The position numbers were made by a program, and so were the translations under genes. This document shows positions 44,961-55,341 of a stretch of DNA of 64,000 nt, piece by piece. Where the stretch lies: assembly GCA_050249955.1 (NCBI GenBank), contig JBFWPN010000003.1:503204-567203 (forward strand), read 5' to 3'. Numbering within the stretch: position 1 is the stretch's first letter; every line of letters begins with the position of its first letter. The notes below the pieces were generated by a model. The model worked only from the letters and a program-made list of their open reading frames with translations, was not told the DNA's origin and searched no databases. The stretch comes from Vicinamibacterales bacterium (lineage in GTDB: Bacteria > Acidobacteriota > Vicinamibacteria > Vicinamibacterales > CAVVIG01).

Positions 44961-46349
44961 ATGAACCTCAAGCCGAAGACCCTCCTGGTTGTCGATGACG
45001 ACGAGGGTACGCGGGACACGCTGACCTCAGCCCTCAAGCGGGATTTCCGCGTCCTCAGGGTCGCGTCGGGTGAGGCTGCGCTTGCGGTCCTCAACCGCGA
45101 CGACGTGGACCTGGTGGTGCTCGGCGTCGAGTTGCCTGGCGTCTCGGGATTCGAGGTGCTCCAGATCATCAAGGAGAACTATCCCCTCTGTGAGGTCCTG
45201 ATGCTCGCCTCGACATCGGACATCGAGGCGGCCGTGCGGGCGATCAAGCTGGGTGCCTACCATTACGTCACCCGTGAGGTGGACGACGAGCAACTGAAGG
45301 CGCTGGTCCGCCATGCGAGCGAACACCAGGACCTGAACCGGCAGGTGCAGTCGCTGTCCGCACAGGTCGCCGACGAGTCGACCCGCGAGTTCATCGTCGG
45401 GCCGAGCCGCGTGACGCGCGACGTGGTGGACATGGTGCACAAGGTGGCGAAGCTGCCTGCGACGGTGCTGATTCTCGGGGAGAGCGGCACCGGCAAGGAG
45501 CTGCTGGCCCGCCTGATCCACCGCGAGTCGGAGAACCCTGAGGCACCGTTCATCGCGGTGAACCTCGCGGCGATCCCGAAGGAGCTGGTCGAGAGCACGC
45601 TGTTCGGGCACGAGAAGGGCGCGTTCACCGGCGCCCTGCGGCAGCAGCTCGGCAAGTTCGAGCTGGCGGCGAACGGCACGCTGTTCCTCGACGAGATCGG
45701 CGACCTGCGGCTGGAACTCCAGTCCAAGCTCCTGCGCGCCATCCAGGAGGGCGAGATCGAGCGGGTGGGCGGCCAGAAGCCGATCAGGACCAGCTTCCGG
45801 CTGATTGCCGCCACCAACATCGACCTCGAGAAGGCCGTGAAGGAAGGCCGCTTCCGCGAGGACCTGTTCTACCGGATCAATGTCATCCCGCTGCGGCTCC
45901 CGCCGCTGCGCGAGCGCGCCGAGGACATTCCCCAGCTCGTCGAGTTCTTCCTGAGGCGCTACAACACGCGTTTCCGGAAGCGCATCACCGCCGTCACCGA
46001 TTCCACCATGTCGATGCTGAAGAAGCACTGGTGGCCCGGGAACATCCGCGAGCTGGAGAACCTCATCGAGCGTCTCGTCGCGGTGAGCGACAAGGATTAC
46101 ATCGGCGAGGAGGACCTGCCGCTCGAGTTCCACTTCGCGCAGCTCGAGCCCCAAGGACAGCGGAGCGACAGCCTGTTCGAGGACGCCACCAACACGTTCG
46201 AGCGCAACTTCATCCTGCGGGCGCTCGAGAAGTGCGGCTGGAGCGTCACCGCCACGTCCGAGTACCTCGGGGTTCCCCTCAGCACGCTCAAGTACAAGAT
46301 GGACCGGCTCGACGTGCGCCAGCTCGCCCGGCGCATACGCGGCATGTAG
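44961..46349 (+). CDS. Sigma54-dependent NtrC-family activator with atypical receiver domain
   Basis: GESGTGKE, GAFTGA, LFLDEIG, WPGNIREL, C-terminal HTH. Confidence 0.93.
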   Translation: MNLKPKTLLVVDDDEGTRDTLTSALKRDFRVLRVASGEAALAVLNRDDVDLVVLGVELPGVSGFEVLQIIKENYPLCEVLMLASTSDIEAAVRAIKLGAYHYVTREVDDEQLKALVRHASEHQDLNRQVQSLSAQVADESTREFIVGPSRVTRDVVDMVHKVAKLPATVLILGESGTGKELLARLIHRESENPEAPFIAVNLAAIPKELVESTLFGHEKGAFTGALRQQLGKFELAANGTLFLDEIGDLRLELQSKLLRAIQEGEIERVGGQKPIRTSFRLIAATNIDLEKAVKEGRFREDLFYRINVIPLRLPPLRERAEDIPQLVEFFLRRYNTRFRKRITAVTDSTMSMLKKHWWPGNIRELENLIERLVAVSDKDYIGEEDLPLEFHFAQLEPQGQRSDSLFEDATNTFERNFILRALEKCGWSVTATSEYLGVPLSTLKYKMDRLDVRQLARRIRGM

Positions 46350-46414
46350 CTCCCGGTCGAGAAAGAATTCCGGATCCCTGTTCGATCTCGGGCTCTCGTG
46401 CGTTCCTGTAGGAC

Positions 46415-47425
46415 GTGCAGGGCAAAACCGCCTTCTTCGCCGGCGCATTCTCGGCCTCACTTCTGGCCCTGGCATCGCTGTCGTTCGACGGTGGTCCCGT
46501 GCGCCTCAGCGCGCGTGCCGAGCGCGAAGCGATGGAGGCGCCGCAGGTGGCCAACGGCGGCTGGCGGGAGGCATCCGGAGCGCCGTCCAGGGCAGCCGGG
46601 CTCCAGTCGGCACTCGTGGTCCTTGGCGGCACGGCCGGCCTCGCCATCTGGGTGGGACGACGGCAGCGACGCTGGCGCGACCACGAGGAGACGATACAGA
46701 GCCTGACGGACAGGCTCACCCTCGCGCAGGACGCGTGCAGGCAGCGCGAGCGGCAGGCCAGGCTCGGGCGGGTCCTCGGGGGACTCTTCCACGATCTCAA
46801 CCACCCGGTGCAGAGCCTCGGGAACGCGGCGACGCTGCTGCTGCGCGACGATCTCGATGCCGCCGCACGGGACGACCTGCGTCGCACCCTCGCGCGCGAG
46901 CTGGCTGCCGTCCGCGGCTTCATGGACGAACTGCGCGACGCGGCGAAGTCCGAGCCAGGCGCACACGTGCCGGTCGACATCCACGGCGCGCTCACCGCGG
47001 TCGTGGGCACCCTCCGGGACGAGGCGAGCGCAGCGGGCGTCTCCATCGCACTCATGGCCGACGCGAATCTGCCGCGAGTGACCGCCGACCCCTTCGGCCT
47101 CGACCGCGTCCACCGCAATCTGATCCTGAACGCGATTCAGGCAACGGCGCCGGGCGGTCGGGTCGTGGTGCAGGCACGCACCCTTGGGCTGCACGTCGAG
47201 GTGAGCGTGCGCGACACCGGCAGCGGCATCGAGTCCCACCGCCTGCCGTCACTCTTCGATGCGCCCGGCACCACGAAACCGCACGGGCTCGGGCTCGCCA
47301 CGTCGCGTCACCTCGTGGAGCAGTTCGGCGGCACGCTCGCCGTGACAAGCGCGGTCGGGGTGGGCAGCACCTTCACCGTCCGGCTCCCGGTGCCCGGCAC
47401 GTCCACGAGCGACACCGCGGCCTGA
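46415..47425 (+). CDS. Sensor histidine kinase
   Basis: FHDLNHP, NLILNAIQA, DTGSGI, GLGLA, GSTF. Confidence 0.85.
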   Translation: MQGKTAFFAGAFSASLLALASLSFDGGPVRLSARAEREAMEAPQVANGGWREASGAPSRAAGLQSALVVLGGTAGLAIWVGRRQRRWRDHEETIQSLTDRLTLAQDACRQRERQARLGRVLGGLFHDLNHPVQSLGNAATLLLRDDLDAAARDDLRRTLARELAAVRGFMDELRDAAKSEPGAHVPVDIHGALTAVVGTLRDEASAAGVSIALMADANLPRVTADPFGLDRVHRNLILNAIQATAPGGRVVVQARTLGLHVEVSVRDTGSGIESHRLPSLFDAPGTTKPHGLGLATSRHLVEQFGGTLAVTSAVGVGSTFTVRLPVPGTSTSDTAA

Positions 47426-47437
47426 ACGGCAGACGCC

Positions 47438-47662
47438 ATGTTCCGCACCCTGCTGAAGAGCGGCACGATTGCCGTGGACGACCACCGCTTCCAGGTGCAC
47501 TACTACCAGCTGCACACACCGCGTCGAGCGGAACGCTACAGCGTGGAGGTGCGGCTGGCCGACCGGGACCGCGTGGTCTTCGATGACGACTCGCTCGCGG
47601 AGCTGGAGTGCAAGGTGGCGCAGATGGCGCCCATGGTGGTGCTCAGCCGGATGCGAACCTGA
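47438..47662 (+). CDS. Small hypothetical protein (74 aa)
   Basis: Coding-like ORF directly after the kinase gene. Confidence 0.6.
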   Translation: MFRTLLKSGTIAVDDHRFQVHYYQLHTPRRAERYSVEVRLADRDRVVFDDDSLAELECKVAQMAPMVVLSRMRT

Positions 47663-47776
47663 GGAGGCCGACGGTGAGGGAGCGCAGCGGCGTGGACGAC
47701 GACCACGACCGCCGCGCTGCTCTCCACCGCGGTGCACACAGAACGTTGTGTGGGGAGCGCGTCTTGCGGAGACGAG

Positions 47777-48076
47777 CTACTTGCGCGGGAGGACGGCGTC
47801 CTTCAGCTGCTTCGTGATGCGCGCCTTCACCACCGTCTTGGCCGGGATCTTGATGGCCTCACCAGTGGCCGGGTTGCGGCCCATGCGCGCCTTGCGCTTC
47901 TGCACGACCAGCTTCACCATGCCCGGCAGGACGAACTCGCCGGACTTCTTCAGTTCCTTCTCCGCGAGCTGCGCCAGCTCGTCGAAGAACTCGCGAGCCT
48001 GCGTGCGCTTGACCTCGAACCGTTCCGCGAAATGCGAGAACAGCTCGGACTTGCCCATGCGACGGGCGTCAGCCAT
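47777..48076 (-). CDS. HU-family DNA-binding protein
   Basis: RKARMGRNPATGEAIKIPAK; strong SD gaggag. Confidence 0.95.
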   Translation of the reverse strand: MADARRMGKSELFSHFAERFEVKRTQAREFFDELAQLAEKELKKSGEFVLPGMVKLVVQKRKARMGRNPATGEAIKIPAKTVVKARITKQLKDAVLPRK

Positions 48077-48175
48077 GTTGTCTCTCCTCTGTGTGATTGT
48101 GCGCGTCAGTGAGTTGACCCGTCGATCACCGCGCGCGCGGCGTGAGATCGCGGCGTAATTCGTGAAGTTGGCCGT

Positions 48176-48205
48176 ATGCTAACGCGCAATTTCCGCCAGT
48201 GTCAA
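48176..48205 (-). promoter_or_regulatory. Sigma70-type promoter for the HU gene
   Basis: TTGACA-N18-TAGCAT. Confidence 0.6.
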
Positions 48206-48261
48206 ACGCAGATCGGCCAAAAAAGGCGAATTTCCTGAGTGAATGTTAGAATTTCGAGGTC

Positions 48262-48615
48262 ATGTCAAGCTCGACCCTTGAAACGTTTCCGAACCCCAGA
48301 CCCGAACGCGATTTCGAGATCACGATCAGCTGTCCGGAGTTCACATCCGTGTGTCCGAAGACCGGACTGCCCGACTTCGGCGAGATACGGATTTCTTACG
48401 TACCAGACGCCACCTGCGTCGAACTGAAGTCACTCAAGTACTACATGCTGGAGTTCCGGAACCGCGGCATCTTCTACGAAGCGGTGACGAACCAGATCCT
48501 GGACGACCTCGTCGCTGCCATCAGCCCGCGCCGCATGACGGTGGTGGGCAACTTCTCCGCACGGGGCGGCATCACCACCACGGTGACCGCGACGCACGAC
48601 TACCGCAAGCCCTGA
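48262..48615 (+). CDS. queF: preQ1 synthase (NADPH-dependent 7-cyano-7-deazaguanine reductase, unimodular)
   Basis: [29 protein letters not shown]. Confidence 0.95.
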   Translation: MSSSTLETFPNPRPERDFEITISCPEFTSVCPKTGLPDFGEIRISYVPDATCVELKSLKYYMLEFRNRGIFYEAVTNQILDDLVAAISPRRMTVVGNFSARGGITTTVTATHDYRKP

Positions 48616-48628
48616 CCGGCCCGCCGCG

Positions 48629-48940
48629 ATGGCAGACGAGCGGACGCCGCCGCACGACCAGACGGATGACGATGCCGAGGCGGTCACGCTGCCGATCGAG
48701 CCGGAACTCGATCTCCACAGCTTCGCCCCACGCGACATTCCATCGGTGGTGGACGAGTACCTCCACGAGGCCGCACGCGCCGGCATGGCGACCGTACGGC
48801 TCGTGCACGGACGCGGGCGCGGCGTCCAGCGTGCCATCGTGCAGGCGCGGCTCGAGGCGCATCCGCTGGTGCAGGCGTTCGACGACGACCCCGCCTCGCA
48901 CCTCGGCGCCACGATCGTGCAGCTCGTGCGGAGCCGCTGA
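48629..48940 (+). CDS. Stand-alone Smr domain protein
   Basis: LDLHSF, VHGRGRG, GATIV. Confidence 0.88.
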   Translation: MADERTPPHDQTDDDAEAVTLPIEPELDLHSFAPRDIPSVVDEYLHEAARAGMATVRLVHGRGRGVQRAIVQARLEAHPLVQAFDDDPASHLGATIVQLVRSR

Positions 48941-48972
48941 GGACCGTCGGGCCGGTCTGCTATGATGCGCGC

Positions 48973-51591
48973 GTGACGCTCCATGGGGCACGCGCCCTGC
49001 TGCTGGGCGCGCTGCTCCTCGGCGCCGCGGCTCCGGCAGCCACCCAGGTTCCCACTCCAGAGGCACACTTCGGGTTTCCCATCGGCACCGATCGGAGGCT
49101 CGCCACCGCCGACGCCATCGAGCAGTACGTCACGCTGATCAGCAGGCAGTCGGACCGTGTGCACCTGCTGGATCTCGGACCGACCACCGAGGGACACCGC
49201 ACACTCGCGGCTGTCGTCAGCGCCCCGGACAACATCCGCAACCTGGACCAGATCCGCGCCGCGAACCAGCGGCTCGCCGACCCGCGCGGCCTCGAGCCGG
49301 AGGAGGCCCGGCGTCTCGCAGCAACCCAGAAGGTGATCGTCGCCGTCGGCGCGAGCATCCACTCGTCGGAGGTGGGCGGCACCCAGGCCGCAACCCAGCT
49401 GCTGCACGACCTGGCGACGGCCACGGATCCAGCCACGCTGGCGATGCTCCAGAACGTGGTGCTCGTCGTCATCCCGACGATGAATCCGGACGGTCATCGG
49501 CTCGTGACAGACTGGTACTCGAAGTACCTCGGCACCGCGTGGGAAGGCGGACCGATGCCGTGGCTGTATCACAAGTACGCCGGCCACGACGTCAACCGCG
49601 ACCTGTTCATGCTGAACCTCGCGGAGAGCCGCAACTTCGCGCGCTTCATGTACGGCGACTGGCACCCCCAGGTCTTCCTGACCATGCACCAGATGGAGGA
49701 CAACGGGCCGCGCTTCTTCGCCCCGCCGAACACCGACCCCATCGACCCGAACTCCGATCCGCTCATCTGGCGGTCGGCCGCGCTGCTCGGCGGCGCGATG
49801 GCGCTCCAGCTCCAGCAGGATCGGAAGTCCGGCGTGGTGACGAGCGCCAAGTACGACTACTACTGGCCCGGCTTCGAGGACTCGGCGCCGATCGGCCACA
49901 ACACCGTGTGCCTGCTGACCGAGGTGGCGAGCGTCGACGTCGCGTCGCCGGTGAACGTGCCAGCCACCGAGCTGCGGGCCGGCTTCAAGGGGCTCGCGTC
50001 CTATCGTCCGCAGATCAACTTCCCCGATCCCTGGCCTGGAGGCCGCTGGACGCTGCGCGACATCGTCGAGTACGACCTCAGCGCGGTCCGCGGCCTGCTC
50101 ATCGCCGCGAGCGCCTACCGCGAGCAGCTGGTCCACAACTTCTACGAGATGGGACGGCATGCGGTGCAGAAGGGGCGCGACGAGGCGCCCTTCGCCGTGA
50201 TCGTCCCGACCGATCAGCACGACCCCACCGCCGCCGCGCGCCTCGAGGAACTGCTGCTGGCCGGCGGTGTCGAGATCCAGCGCGCCATGGAACCGTTCAG
50301 GGCGGACGGCGAGCCCTATCCGGAAGGGACCGACATCATCTTCATGACGCAGCCCTACCGCGCGTATGTGAAGACGCTGCTCGAGCGGCAGCGATACCCA
50401 GGCCGACGCGGCGCAGGCGCCGCCGCCGAGCGTCCCTACGACGTGGCCGGTTGGACGCTGCCCGCGCAGATGGGTGTACGGACCATCACGGTGGAGCGCC
50501 GCTTCGAGCCACCATCGCTCACCCGCCTGGCCACGGCGACGATCGCGCCAGGCACCGTGTGGGGTGAGCGCAAGCCGTCGTTCTGGGTGATCGAGGGGCG
50601 CGGCACCGGTGCGGCACTCGCGGTGAACCGGCTCGTCGCCGCTGGCGCGGCCCCGTCGTGGACGACCGCGGGCATCGACACCCCCGCGTTCCGCTATGCA
50701 CCGGGGTCGATCGTCGTGCCCTATGCGAGGAACGTGGAGCCAACGGTGGCCGCGATCGCACGCGACCTTGGCCTGCGCGCAGACGGGCTGAAGGGGAAGG
50801 TGCCCCAGGGGCTGCAGCCGATCGGACGGGCGAGGGTCGCGGTTTACAAGCCGTGGACCGCCAGCATCGACGAAGGCTGGACCCGGTTCCTGCTGGAGCG
50901 TTTCGAGTTCAGGTTCGCGAGCCTGACCGATCAGCAGGTGCGCGCCGGCAATCTCCGTGCGCAGTACGACGCCATCGTCCTGCCCAACATCCCGGGCGAC
51001 CGGATCTCGTCGGGGCTCGCGGAGGATGTCCTGCCGCCCGAGTACGCGGGCGGCCTGTCTCCCGCGGGCGTGGATGCGCTGCGGGCCTTCGTACGGGCGG
51101 GCGGAACGCTCGTGTGCCTCGGCCAGGCGGGCGGCTTCGCCATCGGCGCCTTCGACCTGCCGATCCGGGACGTGGCGCAGGACGCCGAGGAGCAGCTCTT
51201 CGTGCCGGGCTCGCTGGTGCGGCTGCGCATGGACCCCGCCCAGCCGCTGTCGTTCGGCATGCCGCAGGACACGTCGGCCTTCTTCCTCTTCAGCTCCGCG
51301 TACGGCTCACTGTCCGCCGCCGGACGCAACGCGCCCTACTCGGATCCGTCCCTCGCGGCCGGCATGAAGACCATCGCACGGTACGGCGAGCGCGACCTGC
51401 TGGTCAGCGGCTGGCTCGAAGGCGAGGCCCAACTCGCAGGACGGGCGGCCATCGTCGAGGCGCCGATCGGAACGGGCCGGGTGGTCCTGTTCGGCTTCCC
51501 GGTACAGCACCGAGCGCAGTCGTACGCCACCTTCCGGTTCCTGTTCAATGCGCTGTTCGGCGCGCCACAGGCGCCGCGTGCGCGCAAGTAG
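48973..51591 (+). CDS. Secreted M14 zinc carboxypeptidase-family protein
   Basis: IHSSE, NPDG, NRD, MHQM; signal peptide; TATGAT 6 nt upstream. Confidence 0.9.
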   Translation: MTLHGARALLLGALLLGAAAPAATQVPTPEAHFGFPIGTDRRLATADAIEQYVTLISRQSDRVHLLDLGPTTEGHRTLAAVVSAPDNIRNLDQIRAANQRLADPRGLEPEEARRLAATQKVIVAVGASIHSSEVGGTQAATQLLHDLATATDPATLAMLQNVVLVVIPTMNPDGHRLVTDWYSKYLGTAWEGGPMPWLYHKYAGHDVNRDLFMLNLAESRNFARFMYGDWHPQVFLTMHQMEDNGPRFFAPPNTDPIDPNSDPLIWRSAALLGGAMALQLQQDRKSGVVTSAKYDYYWPGFEDSAPIGHNTVCLLTEVASVDVASPVNVPATELRAGFKGLASYRPQINFPDPWPGGRWTLRDIVEYDLSAVRGLLIAASAYREQLVHNFYEMGRHAVQKGRDEAPFAVIVPTDQHDPTAAARLEELLLAGGVEIQRAMEPFRADGEPYPEGTDIIFMTQPYRAYVKTLLERQRYPGRRGAGAAAERPYDVAGWTLPAQMGVRTITVERRFEPPSLTRLATATIAPGTVWGERKPSFWVIEGRGTGAALAVNRLVAAGAAPSWTTAGIDTPAFRYAPGSIVVPYARNVEPTVAAIARDLGLRADGLKGKVPQGLQPIGRARVAVYKPWTASIDEGWTRFLLERFEFRFASLTDQQVRAGNLRAQYDAIVLPNIPGDRISSGLAEDVLPPEYAGGLSPAGVDALRAFVRAGGTLVCLGQAGGFAIGAFDLPIRDVAQDAEEQLFVPGSLVRLRMDPAQPLSFGMPQDTSAFFLFSSAYGSLSAAGRNAPYSDPSLAAGMKTIARYGERDLLVSGWLEGEAQLAGRAAIVEAPIGTGRVVLFGFPVQHRAQSYATFRFLFNALFGAPQAPRARK

Positions 51592-51634
51592 AACCGGGCC
51601 GGCGTTTCCTGGAGCCTGAGCCCGGGGCCCGATT

Positions 51635-51661
51635 GTTAACATTTCCCCCCGCTCCTCCGTC
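51635..51661 (+). promoter_or_regulatory. Candidate autoregulatory ECF promoter GTTAAC-N17-CGTC
   Basis: Motif upstream of an ECF sigma operon. Confidence 0.5.
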
Positions 51662-51690
51662 TTTATCCACAAGACACCAGAGGAGCCCAC

Positions 51691-52176
51691 GTGAACAATT
51701 CCGAGATCATCGTCTTCCCGGCGTTCTTTGCCACCCTCGCCTACATCGCCTGGGTGTTGGGGAACGCATCCCAGCGCAGGCAGCGCGTGAAGCTGCTCAC
51801 GGAGTTCCACGCGCGGCTCCTGGACAAGCTCGGCTCAGCGAAGGACTTCGGAGAGTTCATGCAGACCGAGGGTGGCGCCAGGCTCATGGCCGGTTTTGCG
51901 GCCGAGCCGGCGCCCACGGGCGGACCACAGGAGCGGATCCTCAGGGCGGCACAGATCGGCGTGGTGCTCTTCTGCCTCGGCGGTGGACTGCTGGTGTACG
52001 TCTTCCTGACTCCTGGCGTCGGCGGGCAGGGCTTCACCGCCATCGGTACCATTGCCCTCTCGCTGGGTGTCGGATTCACCGTATCGGCGGCCGCGTCGTA
52101 CCGACTGGCCGGCATGCTCGGGCTGCTGAATCGCACGCCCAATCCCAGCACCGACATCGCCACCACCCGAGCCTGA
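51691..52176 (+). CDS. Hypothetical membrane protein (3 TM), first gene of an ECF operon
   Basis: SD gagga; TM segments; TGATG coupling to sigma gene. Confidence 0.75.
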   Translation: MNNSEIIVFPAFFATLAYIAWVLGNASQRRQRVKLLTEFHARLLDKLGSAKDFGEFMQTEGGARLMAGFAAEPAPTGGPQERILRAAQIGVVLFCLGGGLLVYVFLTPGVGGQGFTAIGTIALSLGVGFTVSAAASYRLAGMLGLLNRTPNPSTDIATTRA

Positions 52177-52745
52177 TGTCGTCCCGCACCAACGCCATGG
52201 CTGTCCCAGGGACGGACGCAGCGCTCGGCGAGCGCGCCGAGGGTCGGGCGCTGCTCGACGAGCGTGAGTTCCATGCGCTCTACGCGAGCACGGCTGGCGC
52301 GCTTCGGGCGTACGTGGCGCGCATCCTGGGCAATGCGGCGTCTGCCGACGACATCGTGCAGGAGACCTACCTGCGCCTCCTGCGCACACCAATCCCGACG
52401 CGCGACCCGGGTGAACTCCGCGCCTATGCCTTCCGCATCGCGAGCAACCTCGTCGTGGATCACTATCGCGCACGGCGCCACGAGTCGCAGGACGTGCCAC
52501 CGGAGCGTGGCACACCGGCGCCAGACGAGGCGCTGCGGCTGGACGTCGGCCGGCTCTTCGCCCGGCTGAAGCCGCGTGAACGGCAGCTGGTCTGGCTCGC
52601 CCATGTCGAAGGCGCGGATCACCGGGAGATCGCGGCGGCAACCGGCCTGCGCACCGGCAGCATCCGCGTGCTGCTGTCGCGCGCACGCCAGCGCTTCGCC
52701 CGGATGCTGCGCGAACATGGACACACCACTTCGGAGGGACGCTGA
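52176..52745 (+). CDS. ECF RNA polymerase sigma factor
   Basis: ADDIVQETYLR, AYAFRIASNL, HVEGADHREIA..SIRVLLSRAR. Confidence 0.9.
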   Translation: MSSRTNAMAVPGTDAALGERAEGRALLDEREFHALYASTAGALRAYVARILGNAASADDIVQETYLRLLRTPIPTRDPGELRAYAFRIASNLVVDHYRARRHESQDVPPERGTPAPDEALRLDVGRLFARLKPRERQLVWLAHVEGADHREIAAATGLRTGSIRVLLSRARQRFARMLREHGHTTSEGR

Positions 52746-53095
52746 TGCTCCGCCGACGGCCCGCGGATGACGAACAGGTGGTGACCACGGCGATGCGTTC
52801 GGTCGCATCAGGGGACATGCCCCCGTCGCGACTCGACCCGTCGTTCATCTGGTGGAAGGCACAGCTGATGCGCCGGCTGGATGCGGAGCGGGAAGCGGTG
52901 GCGCCGCTCGAGGTGGGCGACCGGATACACCTGGGCGCTGCGGTGCTTGGCGCCGTGGCCCTTGCGGCCGGCGCCTGGGAGTACCTCCCTGCCCTCACGC
53001 GTTCGCCCCTCATCGCGCTCACCACGGGTGGCGCGGCGCTGCTGCTCATCTCGGTGATTGCTGCGGCGGCGATCGAAGCCGTCCGCCATCGCTGA
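52745..53095 (+). CDS. Putative anti-sigma-like membrane protein
   Basis: TGATG-coupled to the sigma gene; two TM segments. Confidence 0.6.
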   Translation: MLRRRPADDEQVVTTAMRSVASGDMPPSRLDPSFIWWKAQLMRRLDAEREAVAPLEVGDRIHLGAAVLGAVALAAGAWEYLPALTRSPLIALTTGGAALLLISVIAAAAIEAVRHR

Positions 53096-53181
53096 CCCGT
53101 CCGCAACAGGTCCATAAACAGCACAAGCCGGCGCGGATGGCTCCACGCCGGCCTGCATCAGCGGATGTCGGTGCTGGTCGT

Positions 53182-53490
53182 CTACTCGACCGGTTCGGTC
53201 GTCTCGTCGGCCGCAATCCGCAGCGACCGCAGGAAGCGGCGATCGTTCGCGGTGACCTCGAAGGTGTTCTTCCGCACCGGAACCATGCGCGACGGAGCGG
53301 AGATCCGGGTGAGCGCCTGCGACTGCTGGCCTCGGGTCGCGAACCCGACGACCGCCTCGAGCGTCACCTTCATGTCGAAGCCAGCCGCGCGCGCCCGTTC
53401 ACGGCAGGCTTCCACCTGCGGGCTCTCGGCAACGGCGGCGGCGATTGCGTCGGCAAGTTCCCGGGCGAACCGGTTGACGACGTCTTCCAT
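53182..53490 (-). CDS. Hypothetical protein (102 aa)
   Basis: Strong SD aggagg; upstream near-consensus promoter; C-terminal DRRFLRSLRI. Confidence 0.8.
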   Translation of the reverse strand: MEDVVNRFARELADAIAAAVAESPQVEACRERARAAGFDMKVTLEAVVGFATRGQQSQALTRISAPSRMVPVRKNTFEVTANDRRFLRSLRIAADETTEPVE

Positions 53491-53599
53491 GTGCTTCCTC
53501 CTACGCCACCGCTCACCTGCGGGGGCGCCTCACCGGACTCCCTGCAGCGACCACGGCGCATCGGGGTCGGCTGACAGTGTCGTCCGCTGGTCGAGTCGG

Positions 53600-53641
53600 A
53601 TTCGGTAAGTCGAGTCTAGGACCGAATACCTGACCTGTCAA
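53600..53641 (-). promoter_or_regulatory. Near-consensus sigma70 promoter with inverted repeat bracketing the -10
   Basis: TTGACA-N17-TAGACT; ATTCGGT...ACCGAAT. Confidence 0.7.
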
Positions 53642-53808
53642 GGAGTTACGGGCATGGCGGCAGTCAACACGATTGCACACGGCGGCAGGGGCCAGACGCG
53701 CGGCGGACCTGGCCCTTCGCGCGATCTGGATGAAGATTGCGAATTCGGGCAGGGCGGCGGCGGACACCGACCGCGCCACGACGTGCAGGTACAATCGACC
53801 GCACGTCC

Positions 53809-55314
<1,506 letters not shown>

Positions 55315-55338
55315 ATGGTGAGTTGGTGAGTTGGTGAG
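55315..55338 (+). repeat. Octamer tandem repeat (TTGGTGAG-like x3)
   Basis: atggtgag ttggtgag ttggtgag. Confidence 0.65.
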
Positions 55339-55341
55339 TAC

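Noticed and set aside
48185-48200. Sigma54 promoter-like TGGC...TTGC upstream of HU
   Set aside because: GG to GC spacing is 8 nt rather than the required 10.
48077-48261. preQ1 riboswitch upstream of queF
   Set aside because: No preQ1 stem with A-rich tail; the -10 is only 9 nt from the ATG, and the region holds the divergent HU promoter.
50658-52745. Apparent 695-aa sigma factor fusion
   Set aside because: The upstream part overlaps the M14 peptidase and membrane genes; the sigma starts at the TGATG junction at 52176.
53640-53808. Cobalamin riboswitch before the mutase (or before pduO)
   Set aside because: No B12-box recognised, and -10 elements sit only 13-18 nt before the starts.
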